Source: a virus (Duplodnaviria > Caudoviricetes). From it: 64,000 nt of DNA. Shown one piece after another: positions 27,140 through 36,455 of this stretch. Position 1 is the stretch's first letter, and each line of letters opens with the position of its first letter. Below the pieces are notes generated by a model. That model saw only the letters and a list, made by a program, of their open reading frames with translations. It had not been told where the DNA came from and searched no databases. The stretch spans positions 20,525-84,524 of the IMG/VR virus record IMGVR_UViG_3300033121_001287. One strand, given 5' to 3'. Made by a program: the position numbers and the translations under genes.

Positions 27140-27606
27140 ACAGACCTAGCGAGCATCTCACGTGGGATGAACTGGCCTGCTGGAACCGATTTGTTCCAAG
27201 ACCGTTCATGATCGCGCCGTATCCGCTTGACTACCGCGAAACAAGGCTTCCGATCCTCGTGAAGGAGTTCGAAGCCGTGCGCGCGGAGTTGTGCCATCGC
27301 GCTGGACGCGACGTGCCGATTACCATTAACTCCGCGTACCGCACTGCGGGCTACAACGCCCGATTGGAGGGTGCTTCACCCGTCTCGCAGCACGTTGAAG
27401 GACGAGCGCTGGATCTTGCGCTCTCTAGCGAGAACCGCCATCTTCTGCCCGATCTTTACGACTCCGTAGTGTGGAGATCGAAGCAACCCGGCAGCGCTCT
27501 CAAAGGCATCGGCCGCTACAACACGTTTGTTCACATGGACGTTCGTCCCTCGACTCACGTCGCCACTTGGGATCTCAGATCCACGAAAGGAAATGACAAT
27601 GCGTAA
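27136..27606 (+). CDS. Peptidase M15 family endolysin
   Basis: INSAYRT..YN, SQHVEGRALD, GIGRY.TFVHMD (Zn ligands H, D, H). Confidence 0.9.
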   Translation: MNRPSEHLTWDELACWNRFVPRPFMIAPYPLDYRETRLPILVKEFEAVRAELCHRAGRDVPITINSAYRTAGYNARLEGASPVSQHVEGRALDLALSSENRHLLPDLYDSVVWRSKQPGSALKGIGRYNTFVHMDVRPSTHVATWDLRSTKGNDNA

Positions 27607-28012
27607 GCTCGCGCTACTGATCAGTCTTCTCCTCGCCTTGTTCGTCACCACGAACGCCTCGGCGCAGGTCATCAATCCGACGGCCGTCGAATTCGACGCT
27701 TCCGCCGATCACAACACCGTTGTCCTGACGACGCCGGTGCTTACCAGCTACGAGCTGCGCGTTTTCAAGGTCACCACGCCCACCGTCGTTGACAAACGGT
27801 TGAACCTCGCAAAGCCGTCGCCGGTGGCTGGCAAGATCATGGTCATCGACAAGGCGTTCTTCGATTCGCTCGCTCCGGGTGAATACGTTGCGCGTGTTGC
27901 GGCCATCGGACCAAGTGGGGAGGGAGAGAGTACGGTCACCGCCCCTTTCGGCAGAATGTCGGCTCCGGCGGCACCGGGGACGACTCCTGTGCTTCGGGTT
28001 ACCGTCCCATGA
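27599..28012 (+). CDS. Secreted fibronectin-III-like protein
   Basis: Signal peptide MRKLALLISLLLALFVTTNASA-Q; SYELRVF...LAPGEYVARVAAIGPSGEG. Confidence 0.65.
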   Translation: MRKLALLISLLLALFVTTNASAQVINPTAVEFDASADHNTVVLTTPVLTSYELRVFKVTTPTVVDKRLNLAKPSPVAGKIMVIDKAFFDSLAPGEYVARVAAIGPSGEGESTVTAPFGRMSAPAAPGTTPVLRVTVP

Positions 28013-28314
28013 TCGAGGTGACGGACTGGTCGCGAGAGGTGGCGCAGGGAGCGAGGGCTTGGATCCAATTCCGCCTCACCCGAGGCGATGGAACCGACCG
28101 ACCGCCTCTCCGACCAGTCCGCATGCTTACTCTTGACGCGCGAATCGATGGTCGACCCGGCATTACCATTGTTGGGGACGACCTTCGGTTCGTAACTGGC
28201 CTCTCGATGATGATGGAGACGGAAGGCGTGTTCGGGCTGTACGTTTCTGCCGTCGATGACGCCGGTTGCACCGATGCGACTGCTTCGTTCAGACCTATCG
28301 TGGTGACTCGATGA
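28009..28314 (+). CDS. Hypothetical protein
   Basis: ATGA overlaps on both sides. Confidence 0.55.
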   Translation: MIEVTDWSREVAQGARAWIQFRLTRGDGTDRPPLRPVRMLTLDARIDGRPGITIVGDDLRFVTGLSMMMETEGVFGLYVSAVDDAGCTDATASFRPIVVTR

Positions 28315-28685
28315 ATGACAAGCCGGTTGCGGAACTCACGCAACCAGACGTGAACGGCGACGTGCTGTTGCTGTTTCACTGTCCTGGTTGCGGCATGGGG
28401 CATGGTCCTCGTGTGATCGGTACGCGCGTCGCAGCATTGTGGGAGTGGAACGGTGACCTCGTGCGCCCGACGTTGTCGCCGTCGATTCGAGTGCAGTGGT
28501 ACCAAATGAGCGGGGAGGGTAAAGCGATGATATCGCGCGGAGAGTCACCCGCCGATGGAGAGTGCTACCCAGGCCGTGACATGCTTTGTCATTCGTTCGT
28601 GCGCAACGGTCGTATCGAGTTTCTCGGTGATTGCACCCATCACCTCGCCGGTCAATCAGTACCACTGGAGCCCATCGATGATTAG
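28311..28685 (+). CDS. DUF6527-like Cys/His metal-binding protein
   Basis: FHCPGCG..H, WEWNGD..RPTLSPSI, CHSFVRNGRIEFLGDCTH. Confidence 0.65.
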   Translation: MNDKPVAELTQPDVNGDVLLLFHCPGCGMGHGPRVIGTRVAALWEWNGDLVRPTLSPSIRVQWYQMSGEGKAMISRGESPADGECYPGRDMLCHSFVRNGRIEFLGDCTHHLAGQSVPLEPIDD

Positions 28686-31600
28686 CGATGGTCGTTTCTC
28701 TCGACTCTCACCGCCCGCTGGCGAACATCTCGCAGCGGGCGCTCTTCGTATTACCATTGATGGATTCTTCGTCGGCTACGGCACCTTTCCGGTGTGGCTG
28801 AACGACTACGTACTGCTCTACACCCGTCAACCGGATCCAGCCAATCCGGGGCAGTACCCGGATAACGGCATGCTGATGGCGTACAACCGCATCAGCCGTG
28901 AAACGGTCGAAGTAAAGATGACCGACTTCACGCCAGATTCGCTCTGCGCGAATCTCCTCGGTCAATGGGCCGTCTGCCGGGGCCGCACGATTATCACTTC
29001 CGACGGGCGTCAAGTGCAGAACGTGTTCCGCTCAACCTACGCTGGCGCTGATCTCTGCTGGTGCGTCGATACTGGAACGACGGCGGATCTGTATCGAGAA
29101 GGGAAGTTGATTGAGCGCACGGTACATGACGTGCGCGGCGAACCGGACGGTCGCCTCTGTTACGTGAAGGTGCGCGGCGCAGAGCAGTGGGCTTGCGTGC
29201 ATTACCCTGATGGCCACATCGCCGAATGGAGGTTGAAGGGTGCAGAAGAGTACCATCCGCACATCATCAACTGGCTCGGCGAAGAGTGGATGCTCTCGCA
29301 CACCCGTGACGATAGACTGCTGCTTCGCACCGGCAACAACGGGATTGTCATTGCGCGCGGTGACACCTACGAACCAGACGCCGTTGTGATGGCGAACGGA
29401 TTTCTCCGCGTTGTATGGGCCGACACCTTTGGCCGCCTCGTGGATCGCGAAATCGTGCCCCTCACGCGCACAACGTTTGGGGTTCGGGGCGAAGGGCTCT
29501 CCGGCTCCGACACTCTCACCGTGGGCGACCTGCGCCCGGTTGTTGAGCCGATTTCGGCCCCGTGGCCGCCCGGCGTCGGCTGGAAGGCCCGGCCGGATAT
29601 CACCGAGATTGACATCGTTGAGTACCTGCTCGGAGATCGAAGCTGGTCGCGTAATGGAATGCACGTTCCGGCTGATGCGGTGACTTATACGCATCCGTTT
29701 CAATCACGTGTGGTTGGCAGCGCGGTGCAGCATTCGAAGTTCGGGCCACCAAGGACTCGGGCAGCTACATGGCCGTTTACCGATAAGTGGGTCGGCTTGG
29801 GCTACGACGGTACGAATGCTCTTGGTGAAAGCGGAGGGCATACCGGTTATCGGTTTGTGAATCCCGGTACGTCGCAGACCGCTGCGCTGTATCCGCGCAT
29901 CATGAAGGTAGGCAAGCAGCATGCTCATATTGTCACTCTCGACATCCTCGACCTCAATACGGGCAAGCCTCGCACGGTGAAGTGGAAGGGATGGGTTGCG
30001 AGCGTTTACGAGAACCTCGTACCCATCGGTGACATTCCAGCGGGCACCACTCACGCCGTTGTGATGTTCGAACCGCAACCTGATGATCCGGCGACGTGGC
30101 GCGAAACGAACATCGGGGCTCGTCATCTCGGGTGCTGGTACTGGGATGCCGAGAAAGTCGGTACCGGCAAGATCGATCAACGTTGGGTCGGAACGAAAAA
30201 CGCACCGCGATTCGAAGACATCGAAGCGTTGTTCGCGGATGCGCCTCCTGTAGAAATCATCGAAGTACCGAAACCTCCCACTCCACCAGAGGAGCCAGAA
30301 GTGCCTTCACCAACATTACCATCCGTCGTCGCTCTCCAATACGGACCTTCGGGTCTCTTTGCAGCCGTCGAACCGGATGGTTCGATCATCGTCAATCGCG
30401 GCGAAGCAGGCGGGTATGAAACACTGCAGGTGAAGCCAGGTGCCGATGTGTTTCCCGGATCCATCTCGCTGCTCGCGCACACCGGCAAGTATCTGCGAGC
30501 CACTGACGCGGGTGAAAATCTCGGTTTGAAGATCGCAGCCACGGCAGAAGGTGTTGCAACCTACGAGTCGTTCCTACCGGTCAAGTACGGCGACGGATAC
30601 GCCTTGATGACATTCCACGGTGGGGTGCTGCAACCGAACGCGCAGGGAGCACTCGTCGGTGTGCTCAGCCCGCTCGATCAGCATCTCTGGACTCTCAAAC
30701 CGATGACCGGTGGGGGCTCTGGCGGAAGCGGAGGCGGCGGCGGATCAACGAGTGAACGGCTGCTGTCCGGTTCGCTTCGCATCGCGGATGACGGCAAGTG
30801 CTTCGTTGACAATAACGGCCCGTACAACCCGGTCATCAAGCACGCAGGAGATCTACTCTCACGCGTGATTCGCGGCCTGCGAGGCGATCCATCGCATCTT
30901 GCGTTCGTCGAAGAGTCACTGCGAATCGTTCGGGCCAACTTGTACGACGGCATCCGCACGTGGATTGCCACTTACGGGCCGCGCGAAGGCACCTTCTGGT
31001 GGCTGCGCGATACGAACCCGAACGATCCGTTGTTTGATCAGGCGGTCCTCTGGCTTTGCGATGCGCTGAAACGTCACGGCCTCGGATGGCTCGTATCGGC
31101 CGGTGACATCTCGATGCTCTACTCGTCGATGGCAGAACGCACGGCAATCATGCGCCGCGTGGCGCTGTTGATCGCGAGCAAAGACCCATCGCTCGTTCTC
31201 GGCGTCGATGGCGGCAACGAGGCATGGCAGACCGGCGAGCCCGATCCGGCCCGCTTGCGTCAGATCGCGCAGGCCTTCCGCGACGTGATTCCGTGCGCGG
31301 TCTGGTCTTGCACTTCCGGCGCGTCGGAGTCGACCGAAGACGTCAACAAGTACGTCGGCTCCGTCGCCGATAAGCACGGGTTCCGCGATAACGATACATG
31401 GGATCGTTTGCGGCACATCTTCTCTCCGACCGTCGAAGGCGGGTACGCGCGTTGGCTCATCATTGACTCCGAGATGTTCGGGTACGGTCGTAACGTATCA
31501 GCAACGAACCGAATGGAAACCGTGACGGCCGACAACGTTCGCATGGCCTGCGTGCAGGCGTGGTTGTCACGCACCCTGCCGGTGATCATGTCAAGCGTCG

Positions 31601-31965
31601 GCGTGATCAGCGACGGTAAGGTGGAACGTCTCGACAAGAACGTATTCCGCCCCATCTTCGATGCAGGTGAGAGCTTCGCGGATGCGCGCGGGATCGACGC
31701 TCCTATCGTGGCGCGGAAGATCGTTCCAAGCAACATCATGGCGTGGCCCGAACGCGTACACGGTGGCGCTCGCATGGCAGGCCGTCGCGTGCGCGCGGTG
31801 CCGTCGGACGATCCGACGCGATCCGATCAGGCGTTGTCAGGCACCGGGCAGGTGTTCGCGTTGGAGTACGGACCTCGGTGGTCTGAATGCTACTCAGAGA
31901 AGTCGTTGACCATCGAGGTTGAGCACCACTGGAGTGAGGGCCGCGCCATCTACGGTCGCCGCTGA
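28678..31965 (+). CDS. Large modular protein: beta-rich N-terminus, Pro linker, fascin-like beta-trefoil, Gly linker, GH-A clan TIM-barrel glycoside hydrolase
   Basis: PKPPTPPEEP and GGGSGGSGGGGGS linkers; ISLLAHTGKYL...ATYESF trefoil repeats; DGGNEAW and IIDSEMF catalytic-like glutamates. Confidence 0.6.
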   Translation: MISDGRFSRLSPPAGEHLAAGALRITIDGFFVGYGTFPVWLNDYVLLYTRQPDPANPGQYPDNGMLMAYNRISRETVEVKMTDFTPDSLCANLLGQWAVCRGRTIITSDGRQVQNVFRSTYAGADLCWCVDTGTTADLYREGKLIERTVHDVRGEPDGRLCYVKVRGAEQWACVHYPDGHIAEWRLKGAEEYHPHIINWLGEEWMLSHTRDDRLLLRTGNNGIVIARGDTYEPDAVVMANGFLRVVWADTFGRLVDREIVPLTRTTFGVRGEGLSGSDTLTVGDLRPVVEPISAPWPPGVGWKARPDITEIDIVEYLLGDRSWSRNGMHVPADAVTYTHPFQSRVVGSAVQHSKFGPPRTRAATWPFTDKWVGLGYDGTNALGESGGHTGYRFVNPGTSQTAALYPRIMKVGKQHAHIVTLDILDLNTGKPRTVKWKGWVASVYENLVPIGDIPAGTTHAVVMFEPQPDDPATWRETNIGARHLGCWYWDAEKVGTGKIDQRWVGTKNAPRFEDIEALFADAPPVEIIEVPKPPTPPEEPEVPSPTLPSVVALQYGPSGLFAAVEPDGSIIVNRGEAGGYETLQVKPGADVFPGSISLLAHTGKYLRATDAGENLGLKIAATAEGVATYESFLPVKYGDGYALMTFHGGVLQPNAQGALVGVLSPLDQHLWTLKPMTGGGSGGSGGGGGSTSERLLSGSLRIADDGKCFVDNNGPYNPVIKHAGDLLSRVIRGLRGDPSHLAFVEESLRIVRANLYDGIRTWIATYGPREGTFWWLRDTNPNDPLFDQAVLWLCDALKRHGLGWLVSAGDISMLYSSMAERTAIMRRVALLIASKDPSLVLGVDGGNEAWQTGEPDPARLRQIAQAFRDVIPCAVWSCTSGASESTEDVNKYVGSVADKHGFRDNDTWDRLRHIFSPTVEGGYARWLIIDSEMFGYGRNVSATNRMETVTADNVRMACVQAWLSRTLPVIMSSVGVISDGKVERLDKNVFRPIFDAGESFADARGIDAPIVARKIVPSNIMAWPERVHGGARMAGRRVRAVPSDDPTRSDQALSGTGQVFALEYGPRWSECYSEKSLTIEVEHHWSEGRAIYGRR

Positions 31966-31966
31966 T

Positions 31967-32170
31967 ATGGAACTTGAAGATCGGTGTATCGAGTCCTCTC
32001 GCCGCGTAAGCGAATGGCTAGACCATGCCGCAAAGTTGTGGAAAAAGGGGCTCGAAGAGGACTCCATCATTGCAGTGATGGAGGCGAAAAGCACACTGAT
32101 TCATCTTGAAGGCACAATGCGCTCGCGCATCTGGCGCGCGGCCAAAAAGGAGGAAAAGTCAGATGAGTGA
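31967..32170 (+). CDS. Hypothetical protein
   Basis: Short helical ORF coupled to neighbours. Confidence 0.5.
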   Translation: MELEDRCIESSRRVSEWLDHAAKLWKKGLEEDSIIAVMEAKSTLIHLEGTMRSRIWRAAKKEEKSDE

Positions 32171-32459
32171 AAAAACAAAGTTGTTCCTAACCATCCTGTT
32201 CCGATACGTCGTCGTCGCGTTGCTTGGTCGACTCGTTGACATCGGCGTGTTCACCAAGTCGGAAGCGGAATCCTTCACACCGTGGCTCGTCGAAGTCGCG
32301 GTCACACTCGGCGTGCCGACGTTCATCGCGTTCTTGGCGCACTACGCGTCAAAGAGCAGACTGCGGCAGGTCGAAGCAGCTGCATCACTTCAACCCGAAG
32401 ACGCCTCAATGAAAAACATCAACGAGGTGGCCAACCAGATGAAGAAGGAAGGACTATGA
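32163..32459 (+). CDS. Holin-like two-TM protein
   Basis: Two hydrophobic segments and a charged C-terminus; RBS AGGAGG. Confidence 0.55.
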   Translation: MSEKTKLFLTILFRYVVVALLGRLVDIGVFTKSEAESFTPWLVEVAVTLGVPTFIAFLAHYASKSRLRQVEAAASLQPEDASMKNINEVANQMKKEGL

Positions 32460-32929
32460 GCACACGACGCACCGCGTGCCTTCTGTTCCTCGCCGCAGCG
32501 CTGAACATCGGCTGCGCGGGGAACAGAGCGCCTGTCATTGTGGCCCAAGCCACACTCGGTCTCGCCGAGACGGTTGGGCAACTGCAAGAGTCGATGGTCA
32601 AGCTGCACCAGACCGGCGTCGTAGACGCGCAGAAGGCCTTGAAGGTGCAGCAGAAGCTGTTGGCCGTCAACAAGCAGATCGAACGGATCGTTCCATACCT
32701 CGAAGCCATCGACCGGGTGCAGAAGAGCGGAGTGAAGCCCACGGCTGCTGAGATTGACAAGCTGATCTCAGAGGTCTTTGCCATTCTGCAAGACCTGAAC
32801 GTTGTTAATGGGGAGGTGCCGGTGGTGGATGCCACCAAGCCCTTTCTCGATCTGTACCGCGCGCTGCATACCGCCTTGACCACGACGATGATCGAACTCG
32901 GTCGAGTGCGCGTTGCGCTGGAGGGCTGA
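32456..32929 (+). CDS. Predicted lipoprotein (spanin-like position)
   Basis: MSTRRTACLLFLAAALNIG-C lipobox-like; helical mature part. Confidence 0.65.
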   Translation: MSTRRTACLLFLAAALNIGCAGNRAPVIVAQATLGLAETVGQLQESMVKLHQTGVVDAQKALKVQQKLLAVNKQIERIVPYLEAIDRVQKSGVKPTAAEIDKLISEVFAILQDLNVVNGEVPVVDATKPFLDLYRALHTALTTTMIELGRVRVALEG

Positions 32930-32930
32930 G

Positions 32931-33191
32931 ATGCCGAACGAAAAAATCATGGAGATCGCCGGGCACATCGACGACGTCGTCATGCTCTTGACGAAGGCAA
33001 GCGTCGGGGTGCCCGTGATCACAGAGGCGGTGATCAGCGTGATCAAGATAGTGCAAGCACTCAAGGGCACCGCGCCGCCTCTGGACAGCATCATCGCGAA
33101 GATCAAGGCGCAGGCCGAACTGAACAACGTGCGTGGTCAAGCGATCATTGCGCAGCTCGAAGCCGAGATCGCGGCCTCGAAGCAGTCGTAG
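32931..33191 (+). CDS. Small helical protein
   Basis: RBS GGAGG; last gene of the + strand block. Confidence 0.6.
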   Translation: MPNEKIMEIAGHIDDVVMLLTKASVGVPVITEAVISVIKIVQALKGTAPPLDSIIAKIKAQAELNNVRGQAIIAQLEAEIAASKQS

Positions 33192-33228
33192 AAAGCTTCA
33201 AACTCGGGTCTAAAAGCGTACATCCCAA

Positions 33229-33254
33229 GGCTCCAAGGGGTAACCCTTGGGGCC
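33229..33254. terminator. Hairpin between convergent gene blocks
   Basis: GGCTCCAAGGG-GTAA-CCCTTGGGGCC; U tracts are weak. Confidence 0.45.
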
Positions 33255-33268
33255 GGGATTTCCAAACA

Positions 33269-33379
33269 CTATCGTTTGGCTCGGCGTGTGTGTTCCACCG
33301 CGCCCACAACCCCCAAGACCAGCAGGCCAAGTACGACGGCCGTCATGAGCATCGCGAAACTCACTTGATCGGGGTTCAT
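33269..33379 (-). CDS. 36-aa single-TM microprotein (not in ORF track)
   Basis: MNPDQVSFAMLMTAVVLGLLVLGVVGAVEHTRRAKR*; ATGA overlap with upstream ORF. Confidence 0.55.
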   Translation of the reverse strand: MNPDQVSFAMLMTAVVLGLLVLGVVGAVEHTRRAKR

Positions 33380-33552
33380 TTTAGACTCATCAGGAAGTTG
33401 AAAAACGCTGCCACGAACGCTGCGAAGATCGCGAGCCTGAAGTTCATCGTCGCCTCTTTGTAACGCTCTTCAAGCACGCAGAAGCCCGCAGCGACTCCAG
33501 CAAGCAGCGAAACAACGACGAGCATCATGAAGCAGATCCTGAGAACGATCAC
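33376..33552 (-). CDS. 58-aa two-TM microprotein (not in ORF track)
   Basis: GTG start with GGAG RBS; MIVLRICFMMLVVVSLLAGVAAGFCVLEERYKEATMNFRLAIFAAFVAAFFNFLMSLK*. Confidence 0.5.
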   Translation of the reverse strand: MIVLRICFMMLVVVSLLAGVAAGFCVLEERYKEATMNFRLAIFAAFVAAFFNFLMSLK

Positions 33553-33676
33553 CTGCGCGCTCCATTTCCAAAAGAAGAGTTAGAAGCCCCCGATTCGTTC
33601 TTCCCACCGCTCGGGAGCCACACGGCTGCGTCCGGAGTCCGAGGCGGCTCGGATCCCTCTCGCTCCGATGGGACTT

Positions 33677-33931
33677 CTAGACCGACGTACGCTGCCGCAG
33701 TCCAACCACGAAGGCCAGACCGCTCAGCATGGCTTCGTTCTGCGAGAGCTTCAACTTCGCGTCGGCGAGACGACCGCTCAACTCCGCGATCTCGCGTTCG
33801 AGAAACGAATTCTCGGTGGTGAGCATTGTGCGCTTGCGCGTGATGTTCGGCGTCGATTCGTGCATGTAATCCTGCACCGCAGCTTCGTGCGATGCGCTGG
33901 CCTTCGTCGGACGGCGACGGCTCTTTGCCAT
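33677..33931 (-). CDS. Coiled-coil hypothetical protein
   Basis: MAKSRRR start with GAGGA RBS. Confidence 0.55.
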   Translation of the reverse strand: MAKSRRRPTKASASHEAAVQDYMHESTPNITRKRTMLTTENSFLEREIAELSGRLADAKLKLSQNEAMLSGLAFVVGLRQRTSV

Positions 33932-34004
33932 TCCTCGGCTCCTATCGATCCCGGTCAACGACGGGGTTACCGCCCCACGCAGCGCCCCCGTCGTCGAAGT
34001 GTTA

Positions 34005-34835
34005 TTACATCTCGGTGGCTTCACCCTGCCCGTCGAACTTGCCCGTGTCGAAGCTCGTGTCGCCTTCGTCGTCGGCCACGCCATCACGGTTCGTCTCGAT
34101 GACCTGATCCTTCAGCGACTCGTGGAACTGCTTCGCGAAGGCGAAGAGCGCCGCGCCAGCGGGCTTGTCCGTCGGAATGAACCCGGCGTTTTTCACCGAG
34201 AAGACTCCGTAGGTGGTGTCCTCGCCCTTCTTGTTCTTCCCGCGCACGATCTTCGAGGAGATGTTGTACATGCGCGCGTAGATCGGCCCGGTGGTCTGCG
34301 CGATGAACGTCGTCCAGAGCCCGGCGGCCTTGCGCTGCTCCTTGTTCGTGGTCTTGATCGAAACGACCACACCTTCGGGAGCCTTGCCGGGCCGCAGCAG
34401 CAAGCTGATGAACTCGACGAACTCCGTGGCGCGCGGCGGATTGTCACCCTCCCACTGGAGGCGGGGATCACCGGCCGGGACGTTGCGGTCGAGTGGACGC
34501 TTCTTGTCCTGCGGATCGAACTCGATGCGCGTCACGTGACGCTTGACGGGTACGAGACGCAGCGGGCCTTCGCCGTAGATCTCCTCGCTGACGTCGTTGA
34601 ACATCTGACCGATGGCCAGCCCCTTGATGTACTCGGCCGTGCCGGGCAGCAGCTGCGGGCTGAGACCCTGTGCGATGGCGAGTCGGGGCAGGCGGATCTC
34701 GTCGGGCCGGATGTCTTCGGTGCCTGAGCGGTCGTTCGCGTTGATGCCTTCGGGACGCGCGACGGAACCTTCAAGCTCGCCCCAGTTCTGCTCTGCCAGT
34801 TCGAGTGCTTCGTTCTTCTGCGTTGTGTCAGCCAT
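34005..34835 (-). CDS. Putative phage ssDNA-binding protein
   Basis: EIRLPRLAIAQGLSPQ, GQMFNDVS; acidic C-terminal tail; strong codon bias; replication context. Confidence 0.65.
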   Translation of the reverse strand: MADTTQKNEALELAEQNWGELEGSVARPEGINANDRSGTEDIRPDEIRLPRLAIAQGLSPQLLPGTAEYIKGLAIGQMFNDVSEEIYGEGPLRLVPVKRHVTRIEFDPQDKKRPLDRNVPAGDPRLQWEGDNPPRATEFVEFISLLLRPGKAPEGVVVSIKTTNKEQRKAAGLWTTFIAQTTGPIYARMYNISSKIVRGKNKKGEDTTYGVFSVKNAGFIPTDKPAGAALFAFAKQFHESLKDQVIETNRDGVADDEGDTSFDTGKFDGQGEATEM

Positions 34836-35073
34836 GTTGCGATCCTCGTGTGCTTTGTGCGTGATGTTGATGACACCTTGCGCTCATGGGCAAGGCGCAT
34901 TTCTTCCGGTTACAGCCCCACCAACCGCCTCCGTTCTTGTGGCCGTAGCACTCGGAGCAGAAGTGCTCGTGCGTAGGAACCCGATGTTCGCGGCAGTACT
35001 TCGTATAGCCGCGCCCGTCACTCTCGTACACCTTGCATCCGCATGCAAGGAGAATCTTCGGAGCACCACCCAC
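34828..35073 (-). CDS. Cys/His-rich small protein
   Basis: CGC, CREH, CSEC, C..KKC; fills the gap between ATPase and SSB. Confidence 0.45.
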   Translation of the reverse strand: MGGAPKILLACGCKVYESDGRGYTKYCREHRVPTHEHFCSECYGHKNGGGWWGCNRKKCALPMSARCHQHHAQSTRGSQHG

Positions 35074-35075
35074 GG

Positions 35076-36455
35076 CTACGATCCGGCGACGGATCCGTCT
35101 TCGATCATAACGTTGACGGCCCCGGCGTCCTTCGTGACGTACTCCATCCAGATCTGCGCGTCGGCGGCCTCGGCCTGCTCCGCGACGGTCTTGATGCTGT
35201 CCTCGTCGAGAAGATTGCCATTCCGAATCAAGAGCACCTTCAACGTCGGGTTCAACGCGAGCCCAATGGCCACGCTGACCTTGAGTTGATCGGAAGATGA
35301 AGCCTGCTTGAACGGGATCCCGTTCAGCATCACTCCATCGTCACCAAGGCTGAGGCCAGGCACCGGGAACTGAGCGGATTCGATCATCACCCGTTTGGCC
35401 TCATCGGCGGCTGCGATATCGCCGTCGTACCCGGCGATGACGTTCTCAAGGTTTCGCAGGTCTTGAACCGCCTTCTCTTTTTCAAGGTTTGCTCGCACGT
35501 TGGCGTTCAAATCGCTGATCCGACGCCACTCGGCTCTCAACGTCTCGAAGCTCGTGGAGGCTTCCACGGCGGCTTCCTCCTTCTTGGTAACGTCAGCGAG
35601 CTTTGACCTGAGATCAATGATCCCATCGGTGAGATCAGAAACGTTCTTATCAAGTGCGTTGTACTTGTTCTGAAGCACAGTGATCTGCTGAACGATCAGT
35701 GCCATCTCGGCGCGGTGATCTCCACGCTTGATGTCCGCGCTTCGGATGAGAAACTCCAGTTGCGTTTTCTCATCACGAATGCGTGCGGCCTCTTCGGCGA
35801 CGGCCATCGTCTCCTTGATCTGACGCTCGATCTCTTCGAGTGGGATCTCCTTCTCAGGAGCATTCTCGTAGAAGGGCATCTTTGCGACGATGTGGTATCG
35901 GCCCTCATAGACCTTCTTCGTGACAAGTCGAAGATCAGAGGCTTGTTTCCGCATGTCCTCGATGCCGCGCGTGTCGATGCCAGCAAGGCTTCGCAACGTC
36001 TCGAGTTGTCGTTTGGGATCGTCCTGCGCGAAGGCCAGCGGATCGAAGGTGAGGCGTCCGAGAATCTTGTCGAGCATCGCTTGCGGTGAAGCGTACTTCG
36101 CACCGTCTTTGCTCGACACGGTCAGCGTGCTGCGCGTATCCGAGTACACCGGGTTGCAGGTGCAGTCACCGCCCGCCAAGCCCAAGCATCCATCGGCGTG
36201 CAGGCGATCCCGGCTGAAGCGACGGGTGACAATCCAGTCGCCGAGATCCGCGACGATCTTGGCTTCGGTTTCCCCGATGCGAATCGGTTCGGCCGGAACC
36301 ATCGACGCCCCACCAAGCACCATCGCGATGGAGTTCAGTACGCTGCTCTTCCCGGCCCCGTTCTTCCCGCCGATGGTGATGAGATTACCATCCGGCGAGA
36401 TATCGACGGCCGTCAGCCGAAGGATGTTGTTCGATTGCAGTCGGACGATCTTCAT
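35076..36455 (-). CDS. SMC/Rad50/RecF-like coiled-coil ATPase
   Basis: GGKNGAGKSS Walker A, central coiled coil, QASSSDQ signature-like, LLIRNG degenerate Walker B. Confidence 0.85.
   Translation of the reverse strand: MKIVRLQSNNILRLTAVDISPDGNLITIGGKNGAGKSSVLNSIAMVLGGASMVPAEPIRIGETEAKIVADLGDWIVTRRFSRDRLHADGCLGLAGGDCTCNPVYSDTRSTLTVSSKDGAKYASPQAMLDKILGRLTFDPLAFAQDDPKRQLETLRSLAGIDTRGIEDMRKQASDLRLVTKKVYEGRYHIVAKMPFYENAPEKEIPLEEIERQIKETMAVAEEAARIRDEKTQLEFLIRSADIKRGDHRAEMALIVQQITVLQNKYNALDKNVSDLTDGIIDLRSKLADVTKKEEAAVEASTSFETLRAEWRRISDLNANVRANLEKEKAVQDLRNLENVIAGYDGDIAAADEAKRVMIESAQFPVPGLSLGDDGVMLNGIPFKQASSSDQLKVSVAIGLALNPTLKVLLIRNGNLLDEDSIKTVAEQAEAADAQIWMEYVTKDAGAVNVMIEDGSVAGS

Noticed and set aside
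33590-33676. GC-rich self-complementary intergenic segment, considered as a tRNA or ncRNA
   Set aside because: No T-loop (GTTCRA), D-loop or cloverleaf spacing; at most a local hairpin. I found no tRNA or rRNA anywhere in the window.
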